A DNA stretch of 64,000 bases from Diplonema japonicum (taxonomy: Eukaryota; Protista; Euglenozoa: Diplonemea): NCBI GenBank assembly GCA_964019335.1, contig OZ025757.1:152547-216546 (forward strand), written 5' to 3'. The stretch's first letter is position 1, and the number at the start of each line of letters is the position of its first letter. Positions 31,148 to 41,427 of this stretch are shown here, one piece after another. Below the pieces are notes generated by a model that worked only from the letters and a program-made list of their open reading frames with translations, searched no databases and was not told the origin of the DNA. The position numbers were made by a program, and so were the translations under genes.

Positions 31148-33934
31148 TCAAGGAGCGACCCAGACCCCCAGCCTGTGCCCTTCCTGATCCTTGATCCACA
31201 TCCCTGTCGCACCATCGACACGCCACTTCACAGCCGTTGTGGTGGGACCGTAGAACTTCACGTGCTTCACATTCCACCCGTCCCCGCCCTGTTCCTTCAA
31301 CCGCACCTCCCGAGGGAGCACCGCGGCAGTGGGGATGGTGAAGAGGGTCGTCGACCCCCGAGCAGGAGCCACCACACTCCCCACAATCTGAACACTCCCA
31401 TCCCAGTACTCCACCTCAACGGGGAAGGAGTGCGACGACTGGGAGTAGTCACCTGTCCCTGTCTGCACCTCCAGTGTCAAAGACACAGGTTTCAGAATGG
31501 AGATTGCGTTCCGCAGATTCGCACCGCACTTCTGCTGAGGGTCCCTGAGGCACGGAACACTGCAGTCAGCTGCTGGAGCAAGTTTTTGTGTCCCGATGTC
31601 GTCCCCGCAATAGCACGAGTCCCCACCCTGCACACCAGAGTAGGCCTTCCTCTTCGCCTGGCACAGCCCCGCACACCGCGACACAGTCACAGAGTTGCCA
31701 GACTCCTCGAACTTCAACTTCCTCGCCGCTATGTCGTCCACGTAGCACCCCACATGCACAGGCACCGCACTCCGTACAGCGATCCTCCCAGAGTCCACAG
31801 CCGAACACCCAGAAGCCTCGCTGCGGATGCTTCCCACGAAATCCGCAGCCTCCCCGCAGCAGCACTCCACACTCGCAGCCGTCGTCCGCAGACCAGAGTG
31901 CGTGTAGTCCGCAGAGCTGCACAATGACGCACACTGCACTGAATTGAGTGAGACGATGTAGATGTTTCTGACAGGCAGGATATAGTTGTTGGCAGTCACC
32001 TCATGCAGACACCCCACTTCACTGCCAGAGAAAGATGCAATTGTGTCGGTGATGGTCAGCCTCTGAAGGCCATGATGCATGTCCGCAATAAACAAGAAGG
32101 GGCCACTGACGTGAACCGTGGGCTGCGCCGTGGTGCTGATCGCGGTGTGTCCTGCAAAGGACGGCCCCTGAGGAGAGCTGATGTCGACTGTGCTAATGGT
32201 GGTTGATGTGGTGAGGAAAGCCGCCTGCTGCGTCACAGCCATCGCAAAGGAGGAGGTCCCGTGCTGGTATGTCCTCACCAAAGAAGGTGCTGCAGGTGTT
32301 TTGACATCCACCACCACCATGTTCCTGTCGTCCGCAATGTAGGCGGTCTTCCCCACCACCTCCACATCCCTCGCACCAGCAATGCTCACCATCCCAAGAA
32401 GCACAGGCGACGCGGGATCGCACACCTCGACCACCTGAAGGCTCGTCCCGTCCGCAATGTAAGCGGTTGTCCCTGATACAGTCACCGCCTTCGCAGTCCC
32501 TGGTGTGTCGAAGACACCCAAATGGCGCATTGGGGTGCTCTTTGTATCCAGGATCACAAGACCAGCCGACCCACAAGCAAGGTACAAAGTGCTGCCCTCC
32601 ACATACATATCTTCAACACCATGCTGCGAGTAGATCTCCAAGAGGAGGGGGGCCGCAGGGTTGCTGACATCGAGGGTGAAGACCTCCGAGGACGCGAAGT
32701 AAAGCCTGTTCCCGACCACCTTCTCCGCCATCCCGAGGATCGCATGCGGATGGCTGTAAAACCCAACCCTCTGCAGGGTGTTCCGATCAAGCACCTCAAT
32801 ACCATACGGGCTGGACGCTTTGAACACATGTGTGGCAGACGAAGCAAGAAGGGGAGCACGCTCTGTGGGGGGGAGAAAGGGGACGAATTTGTCTTGAGAA
32901 CCGGAATCGTAAAGAAGCAGTGCCTCTGTGGTGACGACATAGGTGCTGCTCGCAACGGTGACGGCGCGTATGTTGCTCCCCACCGGATCGTTCGAACCGC
33001 TGTGCAGGAGGCGGGGGTGGTTGTGGTCCGTAACGGAGTACACAAACACCGCCTTTGTGGTGACAACTGTCAATACAGCGCCAGCTAGTTTAATATCCAC
33101 GACAGGGTCGGAGAAGAGCAGCGTGCGGAGGATAGTAATATCACCTTCCCATCCACCAGCAGCCACACCGTCAAAAGTGGTGGAGTGCACCCCAGCGAAG
33201 GTCACATAATGGCAACGCGTCCCTTCTCCTAGGTAGCCGCGCGTATTCTCAGTACCCTCCACCATCTGGAGGGCAGCCGTGGACGCTACGCCAGTGGTTG
33301 GGCTGACTTGTTTTGGGCCGATGTACCTAATGTGAAGCTTGCCTACAGGCATTATATCAATTTTGTGGAAGTAAAAGCAGTTCACGCCCTGCGACCCGTC
33401 CATGCAGCTCCAACCGCGTTCGTATGTTGCTGCGGAACAGACCGTCGGATAGGTTAGCTGCGCGATCACACCGAGCTGAAGTGTGTACTTCCTTAGAAAT
33501 GACTGCTGGTTGTTTGCATCGTTACTGATTGAAAATATGATATTATATGAGAAGCTTAGGAAAAATGGCGACGCCGGACGATGCTGTGCGCTGTACATCA
33601 CCGTTGGTCTGTCCCAGAACTGCAGACTGTATCCGGTGATTTCGGCAGAGCCTTCTACGTACAGAACCCCGTTAACGACGAGGACCCTGTCTGCAGAGGA
33701 TCTTGTCTTCAGGGTGCTGATCAGAATCGGGTTTCTCGCGGAGGCAAGGTTGTAGATCAGAACCCCTTGGGTCCCTGCCGCCACGTACCCGGCGTTGTTG
33801 TACATCGCAATGTCGCTCAGTGTGACATTGTCCCTTGGTTTGTCAATTAGGCCCGACAGGGATGGTGCAGCCTCGCTGTCCAACACCAACCAGCACAGTA
33901 CTAAACAGAGAGCAAGGGACACAGGGCGCCGCAT
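31148..33934 (-). CDS. Array gene g8 (subfamily B), 928 aa
   Basis: Same architecture. N-terminus resembles g7; C-terminal ~560 aa resemble g9. Confidence 0.9.
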   Translation of the reverse strand: MRRPVSLALCLVLCWLVLDSEAAPSLSGLIDKPRDNVTLSDIAMYNNAGYVAAGTQGVLIYNLASARNPILISTLKTRSSADRVLVVNGVLYVEGSAEITGYSLQFWDRPTVMYSAQHRPASPFFLSFSYNIIFSISNDANNQQSFLRKYTLQLGVIAQLTYPTVCSAATYERGWSCMDGSQGVNCFYFHKIDIMPVGKLHIRYIGPKQVSPTTGVASTAALQMVEGTENTRGYLGEGTRCHYVTFAGVHSTTFDGVAAGGWEGDITILRTLLFSDPVVDIKLAGAVLTVVTTKAVFVYSVTDHNHPRLLHSGSNDPVGSNIRAVTVASSTYVVTTEALLLYDSGSQDKFVPFLPPTERAPLLASSATHVFKASSPYGIEVLDRNTLQRVGFYSHPHAILGMAEKVVGNRLYFASSEVFTLDVSNPAAPLLLEIYSQHGVEDMYVEGSTLYLACGSAGLVILDTKSTPMRHLGVFDTPGTAKAVTVSGTTAYIADGTSLQVVEVCDPASPVLLGMVSIAGARDVEVVGKTAYIADDRNMVVVDVKTPAAPSLVRTYQHGTSSFAMAVTQQAAFLTTSTTISTVDISSPQGPSFAGHTAISTTAQPTVHVSGPFLFIADMHHGLQRLTITDTIASFSGSEVGCLHEVTANNYILPVRNIYIVSLNSVQCASLCSSADYTHSGLRTTAASVECCCGEAADFVGSIRSEASGCSAVDSGRIAVRSAVPVHVGCYVDDIAARKLKFEESGNSVTVSRCAGLCQAKRKAYSGVQGGDSCYCGDDIGTQKLAPAADCSVPCLRDPQQKCGANLRNAISILKPVSLTLEVQTGTGDYSQSSHSFPVEVEYWDGSVQIVGSVVAPARGSTTLFTIPTAAVLPREVRLKEQGGDGWNVKHVKFYGPTTTAVKWRVDGATGMWIKDQEGHRLGVWVAP

Positions 33935-33995
33935 AACGTTTTTTTTTTTTTTTCCCCTTTCCCTATCTGCAAAAAAAAAAAAAAAAAAAAAAAAA
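33935..33995 (-). promoter_or_regulatory. Putative SL trans-splice acceptor and 5' leader of g8 (representative example)
   Basis: The sense strand reads T(~25)-GCAG-ATAGGGAAAGGGG-A(15)-CGTT-ATG. A similar pyrimidine tract/AG/A-rich leader precedes most genes in the window. Function is inferred. Confidence 0.5.
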
Positions 33996-34580
33996 GATAT
34001 GGGGATATAATGGAGGCGGGGAGTGGGAATAAATAAATAAAAATTGCCACACCAACCTCAGTGCGACGGTAGAACATGGGGGAGGGGATAGAGAAAAATG
34101 AAGGGGGGGTTTTAAAAAAAAGAATTGAGCGTTAATAGGTTTTGAACCCTCGGACAACGTGAGGCCCCACCTCCAACAAGGAAAGAACTTGTTCGTGCAC
34201 AACCTGTAGAAGGGTAAGCCCCCAACAATGATACCACTCTTTTTTTCAGCACTTCCAATTCATTGTTAGTGCTAAAAACATATTGTTTTTTTTCTTCTTG
34301 TTCACGCAAAAAAAAAAAAAAAAAAAAAAAAAAAGGTCTCACGTCCGTACTAAGGGGTGAAAATTTTGAGCAAAGGGGGGGGGAGGAGGGGTTCTTTTTG
34401 AGCAGAGATACTCTACAGGATAGAGTTAGAATGAGAAAAGAAAAGAAAAGAAAAAAAAGAATAAAACTCGATAAAATTCCAGTGCACATAGAAAAGTGGC
34501 TGACCTTCCACATCCCTGGCTGAACACTTCTGGGTGAGACCTATGGGCGGTCTGCTCATAGTCTATGGCAGGTTACATTA

Positions 34581-34980
34581 ATAATAACTATTGATTTATA
34601 TAAGTCCACTTTAATTCATGAAAACGTAATTTTATTTATTTTCTGGTTCCCTATGGCACTCCCAAAAAAAAAAACCCCCCCCCCAAAGCCAGGAAGTCTA
34701 AGATTTGACATAATATTAAGACAGGGGGTTGCTTGCACTGCTCGTCCATGGCAGTCAACCTGGGCCAATCTTACAATTTTGTGCTTATGCTTCATGGTAT
34801 GGTTCAGGCGGCTATAAAGGAACCTCTTTTCTCTGAAGCCCCATTTTCACAAATCTGCTTAAAACATGAGGAAAAAAAATAAAGTACTTTATTTTATTTT
34901 CCTTAGGGAAATAATGAAAACTTTATTTTCCCGGCACTAGCCAAAATTCCTTTAGAGAGAATCCAGAAAATAAATAAAAA
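34581..34980 (-). mobile_element. Repeat family C copy (deletion derivative)
   Basis: 34690-34820 matches the reverse complement of 63885-64000, and 34823-34970 matches the reverse complement of ~63545-63665. Subterminal 16-bp inverted repeat TTTATTTATTTTCTGG / CCAGAAAATAAATAAA. Confidence 0.8.
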
Positions 34981-35029
34981 ATCACTATGACAGGAACGAA
35001 GTGGTTAGCAACGGCCCGCCAAAAAAATA

Positions 35030-35344
35030 TATATGAGTTAAAGGAGGCCGGTGTTGGCGGCGCCCTGCACAAGAACTGTCTACTTGATTACAGGGGGCAC
35101 ACTGCAACCGAGTTGTAGCTTCTTCTGCGTTCCGCGTCGTGTCCTTAATGCGTGCGGTGTACAGCTCAACCCCAGCCGGTGCGTCCCGGGTAACCAAGAC
35201 TCTGCGCTCGTGCAGTTTGCTGCCTGTTTGTCACCCTGAGCATCTGCATGATGTTCTCCCACTCGGGCGCTACCGGTGATGACCGACGAGGAGGTCAACA
35301 GCGAACAACACATCTGATGTTTTTCTTATATTTTCATGTTATCC

Positions 35345-35345
<1 letters not shown>
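35030..35345. repeat. Dispersed repeat family D (possible TTAA-targeting DNA transposon relic)
   Basis: The left block GAGTTAAAGGAGGCCGGTGTTGGCGGCGCCC recurs at ~30356 and ~52505. The right block GTTCTCCCACTCGGGCGCTACCGGTGATGACCGACGAGGAGGTCAACA recurs at ~26524 and partly at ~55201. Confidence 0.6.
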
Positions 35346-35375
<30 letters not shown>

Positions 35376-35459
35376 AACGAAAAAAGAAACAGTAGTTCTA
35401 TGACGCTGGCAGGACATACATCTCTTCAAGCATCAAAAAAAAGGGGGGGGGGAATAGTG

Positions 35460-35567
35460 TCTCGTATCTCTAACACTTGTCCAACCTGGTCCAATACTTG
35501 GCTTGTGCCAAGAGGGAATTTCTGGAAAATTTGGCTGGGAACCACAACCCTTCCGGTGAGGTGGTTT

Positions 35568-35600
<33 letters not shown>

Positions 35601-35727
35601 GGAAAAAAAAAACTTTGTGGCCACTCGTGGCAAGGTTAAAGCGAAAAATTCGATTGTCAGAAAAAATAGCAATTTTCTGTCCTCCAAACACAAGGTGTGC
35701 CAAACGGGTTTTAGAGATATGAGGCGT
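35460..35727. mobile_element. MITE family E, second copy
   Basis: Right end ACGGGTTTTAGAGATATGAGGCGT is the reverse complement of the 10353 end at 22/24 positions. The left end TCTCGTATCTCTAACAC is degenerate. Confidence 0.45.
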
Positions 35728-35869
35728 AATATAGCTTTGAACTCGTCATCCTTGGTATTTCGCTCGAGCAAGAAAAGTGAGAAGCAGAAAAGATAACGTT
35801 AACCCTAATAAGGTAGAATCAATTCTCGGCTCTGCACAAGGATGACAAAGTTATTGAATTTTGACCACT

Positions 35870-38617
35870 TCAAGGAGCGACCCAGACCCCCAGCCTGTGC
35901 CCTTCCTGATCCTTGATCCACATCCCTGTCGCACCATCGACACGCCACTTCACAGCCGTTGTGGTGGGACCGTAGAACTTCACGTGCTTCACATTCCACC
36001 CGTCCCCGCCCTGTTCCTTCAACCGCACCTCCCGAGGGAGCACCGCGGCAGTGGGGATGGTGAAGAGGGTCGTCGACCCCCGAGCAGGAGCCACCACACT
36101 CCCCACAATCTGAACACTCCCATCCCAGTACTCCACCTCAACGGGGAAGGAGTGCGCCGACTGGGAGTAGTCACCTGTCCCTGTCTGCACCTCCAGTGTC
36201 AAAGACACAGGTTTCAGAATGGAGATTGCGTTCCGCAGATTCGCACCGCACTTCTGCTGAGGGTCCCCGAGGCACGGAAAACTGCAGTCAGCTGCTGGAG
36301 CAAGTTTTTGTGTCCCGATGTCGTCCCCGCAATAGCACGAGTCCCCACCCTGCACACCAGAGTAGGCCTTCCCCTTCGCCTGGCACAGCCCCGCACACCG
36401 CGACACAGTCACAGAGTTGCCAGACTCCTCGAACTTCAACTTCCTCGCCGCTATGTCGTCCACGTAGCACCCCACATGCACAGGCACCGCACTCCGTACA
36501 GCGATCCTCCCAGAGTCCACAGCCGAACACCCAGAAGCCTCGCTGCGGATGCTTCCCACGAAATCCGCAGCCTCCCCGCAGCAGCACTCCACACTCGCAG
36601 CCATCGTTCGCAGACCAGAGTGCGTGAACTTCGCAGAGCTGCACAATGACGCACACTGCACTGAAGTCATTGTGGTGAAGAACTTCCTGACAGGCAGGAT
36701 ATAGTTGTTGGCAGTCACCTCATGCAGACACCCCACTTCACTGCCAGAGAAAGATGCAATTGTGTCGGTGATGGTCAGCCTCTGAAGGCCATGATGCATG
36801 TCCGCAATAAACAAGAAGGGGCCACTGACGTGAACCGTGGGCTGCGCCGTGGTGCTGATCGCGGTGTGTCCTGCAAAGGACGGCCCCTGAGGAGAGCTGA
36901 TGTCGACTGTGCTAATGGTGGTTGATGTGGTGAGGAAAGCCGCCTGCTGCGTCACAGCCATCGCAAAGGAGGAGGTCCCGTGCTGGTATGTCCTCACCAA
37001 AGAAGGTGCTGCAGGTGTTTTGACATCCACCACCACCATGTTCCTGTCGTCCGCAATGTAGGCGGTCTTCCCCACCACCTCCACATCCCTCGCACCAGCA
37101 ATGCTCACCATCCCAAGAAGCACAGGCGACGCGGGATCGCACACCTCGACCACCTGAAGGCTCGTCCCGTCCGCAATGTAAGCAGTTGTCCCTGATACAG
37201 TCACCGCCTTCGCAGTCCCTGGTGTGTCGAAGACACTCAAGCGGCGCATCGGGCTGTTCTCTGTGTCCAGGATCACAAGACCAGCCGACCCACAAGCAAG
37301 GTACAAAGTGCTGCCCTCCACATACATATCTTCAACACCATGCTGCGAGTAGATCTCCAAGAGGAGGGGGGCCGCAGGGTTTCTGACATCGAGGGTGAAG
37401 ACCTCCGAGGACGCGAAGTAAAGCCTGTTCCCGACCACCTTCTCCGCCATCCCGAGGATCGCATGCGGATGGCTGTAAAACCCTACCCTCTGCAGGGTGT
37501 TCCGATCAAGCACCTCAATACCATACGGGCTGGACGCTTTGAACACATGAGTAGCTGACGAAGTCAAACGAGGTGCGTACACAGCAGGAAGGGGAATGGG
37601 CTCCACAAACCCTAACACGGAAGCTGGATCGTACTTAACTAGCGAATTGTGTTGAATGTAAGTACCGGTAGTGGTGCTGATAATTCGGCGATTCCGAGTA
37701 GACCCAGTGGGGTCCATGCGAACGAAAACAGGGGACGAGTGGTCCACAGCAATAGAGTACACATAGATGTGGTCAGCCGTGAGAACAAATAACATATTCC
37801 CGACAAGTTCGACGTCAGCTACCGTAGTGGGGAAGGTGAGCGTTTTGACAAGGCTGCTCGACCCGGCAGAACCGGGGAAGTCGGGCGTTCTCTGACCGAG
37901 GGCGAACACAAAACAAACCGTTCCTTCCGCCAGGTAAATGTGTTCTACGGTCGAGTCCATCTTGAAGGCTGTAATACCAGATATTTCGTCGAAGAAATAA
38001 GTACGGTAGTTGGTCCATGGTGGCCACGGCTTCGCTACTTCGTTGAGCTTCCACATGAAAATGGTTGCTTTAGTTGACCAGCATACCCAACCGAGGAGGG
38101 AGCCATCGGCATCCGATATGTCATATTCCGTGAAAAATTCGAATACGGTACTTAAAGAATGTGTGTACCAAGCCAAGCTTGTCCGGTTGTTCGGTGCACT
38201 GCCTGCCATGAAAAGTTGGTCGTGATCTTCCCCGGCGGCCCCGATGAAGATTTTTTTTGATGTTATCATGTTTTTATTCCGGCCCGAGCCGTCGGGGTTG
38301 TCCCATTGCCGCAGCCCGTAGCTTGCAATGTCTACGGGGGTTCCCACGTAGAGCTCGTTGTTGTGAACAAACACCTTTTCCGCGCTGAATATAGTGTCTA
38401 GCGTGCTTTTCAGTTGCGGGCCTCCTGCGGCAGTTAGATCGAATATAAAAACACCTTTTTCGCCGGCTGCTACGTACGCCGCATTGTGTGTAGTTGCTAT
38501 GTCAATAGGGGTCACCTCAGGTTCTCTCTGTTTGCTGTGAATGTTTGAAAGTACGGTTGCGGTCTCGCATTTTGGTATCAAGCAACATAGGGCTACAAGG
38601 GCTGTTGGTAATAACAT
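35870..38617 (-). CDS. Array gene g9 (subfamily B; first in transcription order), 915 aa
   Basis: Same architecture. Unique N-terminal ~345 aa; the remainder is near-identical to g8/g7. Confidence 0.9.
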   Translation of the reverse strand: MLLPTALVALCCLIPKCETATVLSNIHSKQREPEVTPIDIATTHNAAYVAAGEKGVFIFDLTAAGGPQLKSTLDTIFSAEKVFVHNNELYVGTPVDIASYGLRQWDNPDGSGRNKNMITSKKIFIGAAGEDHDQLFMAGSAPNNRTSLAWYTHSLSTVFEFFTEYDISDADGSLLGWVCWSTKATIFMWKLNEVAKPWPPWTNYRTYFFDEISGITAFKMDSTVEHIYLAEGTVCFVFALGQRTPDFPGSAGSSSLVKTLTFPTTVADVELVGNMLFVLTADHIYVYSIAVDHSSPVFVRMDPTGSTRNRRIISTTTGTYIQHNSLVKYDPASVLGFVEPIPLPAVYAPRLTSSATHVFKASSPYGIEVLDRNTLQRVGFYSHPHAILGMAEKVVGNRLYFASSEVFTLDVRNPAAPLLLEIYSQHGVEDMYVEGSTLYLACGSAGLVILDTENSPMRRLSVFDTPGTAKAVTVSGTTAYIADGTSLQVVEVCDPASPVLLGMVSIAGARDVEVVGKTAYIADDRNMVVVDVKTPAAPSLVRTYQHGTSSFAMAVTQQAAFLTTSTTISTVDISSPQGPSFAGHTAISTTAQPTVHVSGPFLFIADMHHGLQRLTITDTIASFSGSEVGCLHEVTANNYILPVRKFFTTMTSVQCASLCSSAKFTHSGLRTMAASVECCCGEAADFVGSIRSEASGCSAVDSGRIAVRSAVPVHVGCYVDDIAARKLKFEESGNSVTVSRCAGLCQAKGKAYSGVQGGDSCYCGDDIGTQKLAPAADCSFPCLGDPQQKCGANLRNAISILKPVSLTLEVQTGTGDYSQSAHSFPVEVEYWDGSVQIVGSVVAPARGSTTLFTIPTAAVLPREVRLKEQGGDGWNVKHVKFYGPTTTAVKWRVDGATGMWIKDQEGHRLGVWVAP

Positions 38618-38733
38618 TTTTTTTTTTTTTTTTTTTCCTGGGTGGGTGCTGATCAGATTTTTATTTACTGTGGGCGAAGAAGAAAAAAAAATGAAAAAAA
38701 AAAGAGAAGGGAAAAACTGTGTCGTGTGTGTGC

Positions 38734-38764
<31 letters not shown>

Positions 38765-38769
<5 letters not shown>

Positions 38770-39337
38770 TTCACTCTTCGTCATTTTCTTCACTCACTAG
38801 GGGCCTCATTATTTAACGCGAAATGGCCATTATTTAACGCGAAACGGCCATTATTTAACGCGAAATCGCCATTATTTAACTAGTTAAATAATGAGATTTT
38901 GCAGTTAAATAATGGCCCTTCAGAGTGAAAAAATGGGTCTTGTCGTGGAAAAAAATGCACCCAACCCCTTGAAAAATTTTTTTGGGGTGGGGGTATTTTG
39001 ACTATTTTTGGCCATCTGAGGCCATTCCAGCCCTTAAAAGTGGGAATAAGTGCCTTACTTCCCCTTTAAATGCCACGGCGAAATAGCTACCCTGTATTAC
39101 CTTAGGAAAATCCCCAAAAAGCTGACCTGCGTGAAAAAAAACAGCAGTGAAAGCAGTGAAGAGTGAGTGACTCAAATGACGAAGAGTGAAATAAAACGAC
39201 TTACTTGCCGCCAAATGAGCCATTATTTAACACTCGTTACCCGTTTTTTTGCACTCGGGCCCTGCGGGCCCTCGTGCAAAAAATTCGGGAACTCGAGTTA
39301 AATAATGACTCATTATTTGTTGGCAATAAATAGTTAT
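38765..39337. repeat. Repeat family B, copy 3 (best preserved)
   Basis: Internal 22-bp inverted repeat TTTATTTCACTCTTCGTCATTT / AAATGACGAAGAGTGAAATAAA, hairpin GGGCCC-TGC-GGGCCC, and end GGCAATAAATAGTTATT. Confidence 0.85.
38807..38893. repeat. Three 21-bp tandem repeats (CATTATTTAACGCGAAAyssC) plus the 24-bp perfect palindrome CATTATTTAACTAGTTAAATAATG
   Basis: Read directly: units at 38807, 38828 and 38849; palindrome at 38870-38893. Confidence 0.9.
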
Positions 39338-39344
39338 TTTTTTT

Positions 39345-39428
39345 AATTTCACCCTTCGTCATTTTCTTCACTCACCAGGGGGGCCTCATAATTTTTAACT
39401 AGTTTAAAATAATGGCGCTTCCGAGTGG

Positions 39429-39464
<36 letters not shown>

Positions 39465-39833
39465 GCCTCGTCGGAGGAATAAAATGTACCCAACCCGAAA
39501 ATAAAAAAGATGCCTTTGAACCTGCAGTATGTGACAGGATCGCCTAGAAACTTTTTGGGGAGGGGATATTTTGACTATTTTTGGCCATCTGGGGCCATTC
39601 CGGCCCAAAGTGGGAATAAGTGCTTTACTATTTCCCCTTAAAATGCCACGGCATATCCCCAAGCTGACCGAAAGCAGTGAGGGGTGAGTGACTCAAATGA
39701 CGAAGAGTGAAATAAAACGACTTACTTGCCGCCAAATGAGCCATTATTTAACACTCGTAGGGCCCTCGTGCAAAAAAATTTGGGAACTCGAGTTAAATAA
39801 TGACTCATTATTTGTTGACAATGAATAGCTATT
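39345..39833. repeat. Repeat family B, copy 4 (head-to-tail with copy 3)
   Basis: Begins a few nt after copy 3 ends and has the same block order. Confidence 0.85.
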
Positions 39834-41378
39834 TTTTTCTCTCTTTTTTTTCTCGCTCGAGTGCAATGGTAAAAAAAAAAAAAAAAAAAAGGGAAAAAAA
39901 AAATAATAATGAAGAAATAGTACTTGACAAAGAAAAAAAAATAACAAGTTTGCATTTGAATTCAAAAAAAAAAAAAAAAACTTTTCTTTGCATCCACAGT
40001 TGGGCTTTCCCTATCTTGGCCAGTTGTAAAGGACTCTTTTTTTCTTTTTTCTTTTTTTTTTTTTTGACTGGACAAAAACTGTGGAGTTGAAGAAGAAGAA
40101 AAAAGCGAGGTTTTCTCAAAAGAAAAAGGGAAAGTTTTTTTTTCTTTTTTTTTTTTTTCTTTTTTTTCTTCGGTCGTTTTTTTCTCATTTGCTATATATA
40201 AGGTGGGATCACTTACCTACCAATATAAGGACGAGAAAAAAAAGAGCTTTTTTTTTTTTTTTTTTTTTTTTTTTCGTAATTTTTTTTTATTATTTTTTTT
40301 ATAACATAAACGTTGGGATTTGGGACTAGGTCAAAATTGGTTGGCCTAAGTTCCTTGCAGATGCCTTGGTGGGGCCCAAACCACGAATTATAACCCTCGA
40401 GTGCCACGAACTCTGACTTTTTTCCCCTCCCTATTTTCCCGGGAAAAAAATTCCAAATCGATGCCTTATCGATACCTAACGATCTTGGGTATTTTATTAT
40501 CTCAAAAAAAAAAAAAAAATATATATATATAAATATACCAATAACGTAATGGCACTAATTGATAAACCGGCATATGTTATAAAATATATAAAAGGTTTTT
40601 TAATAGAAGAGAGGAAGGGGTGTAGGACAATAGAAATAAAAGGGGAGGGGGAAAGTCTTTTAGGGGGTTTCGTAAGAAAGGTGATCCCACCGAACCCTAA
40701 AAAAAGAAGGGGGAGGGGGGAAAAAAACACAAAGAAGGGAGGAAGGAAAACAAAGAGAAAAACTGCTACCAGAAGGTGATTAAATGTGTCTCTTTTTTTG
40801 TCCTGTCTTCCTGTCTAGAGTCCTTTTTTTTTTTTTTTTTCCTTAAAGAGAATCGGTTCAGGGGGTGACGTAAACACAAAGGGAAGGCGGCAGTTACTGC
40901 CACATGTACTGATATCAGATCAGTGGGGGAAAAAAAAAAAAGAAGAAAAAAAAAAAAGAAATTCTTCCCCGCTACGGTGGATGCCGTTCATAGTAAAAAG
41001 AAAAAAAAGGGGGGGAGGGGGCAGGTCACATGCAATATCTATCTAATGCGGAAAGTGCTCGAACACTTCGTCCGTGGAAAAAAAAAGGAAGAAATATATA
41101 TGAGTTAAAGGGTGTAGTTAAGAGACACCCTTTTTCATAAAAAGTTTTGTAGACCGCTACCCATCTTCGGGTGGTAGGACAGCGGAGGGAAGGGAGAGGG
41201 GGGGGAAAAAAAAAAGTCCCACTTAGCGAATTTTCACGGAGTGAACCTTTTTTTTTCCCCCCTCTTTTTTTTTTTTTTTTTTAAATCCCGACCTTTGCAT
41301 GTAACCCTCCCCTCTTCAAAAAAAAAAACTTTTTTTTTCGCAACTTTTTTTTTTTTTTTTCAAAAGTACCTTGTTCAG

Positions 41379-41421
<43 letters not shown>

Positions 41422-41427
41422 GTCTCG

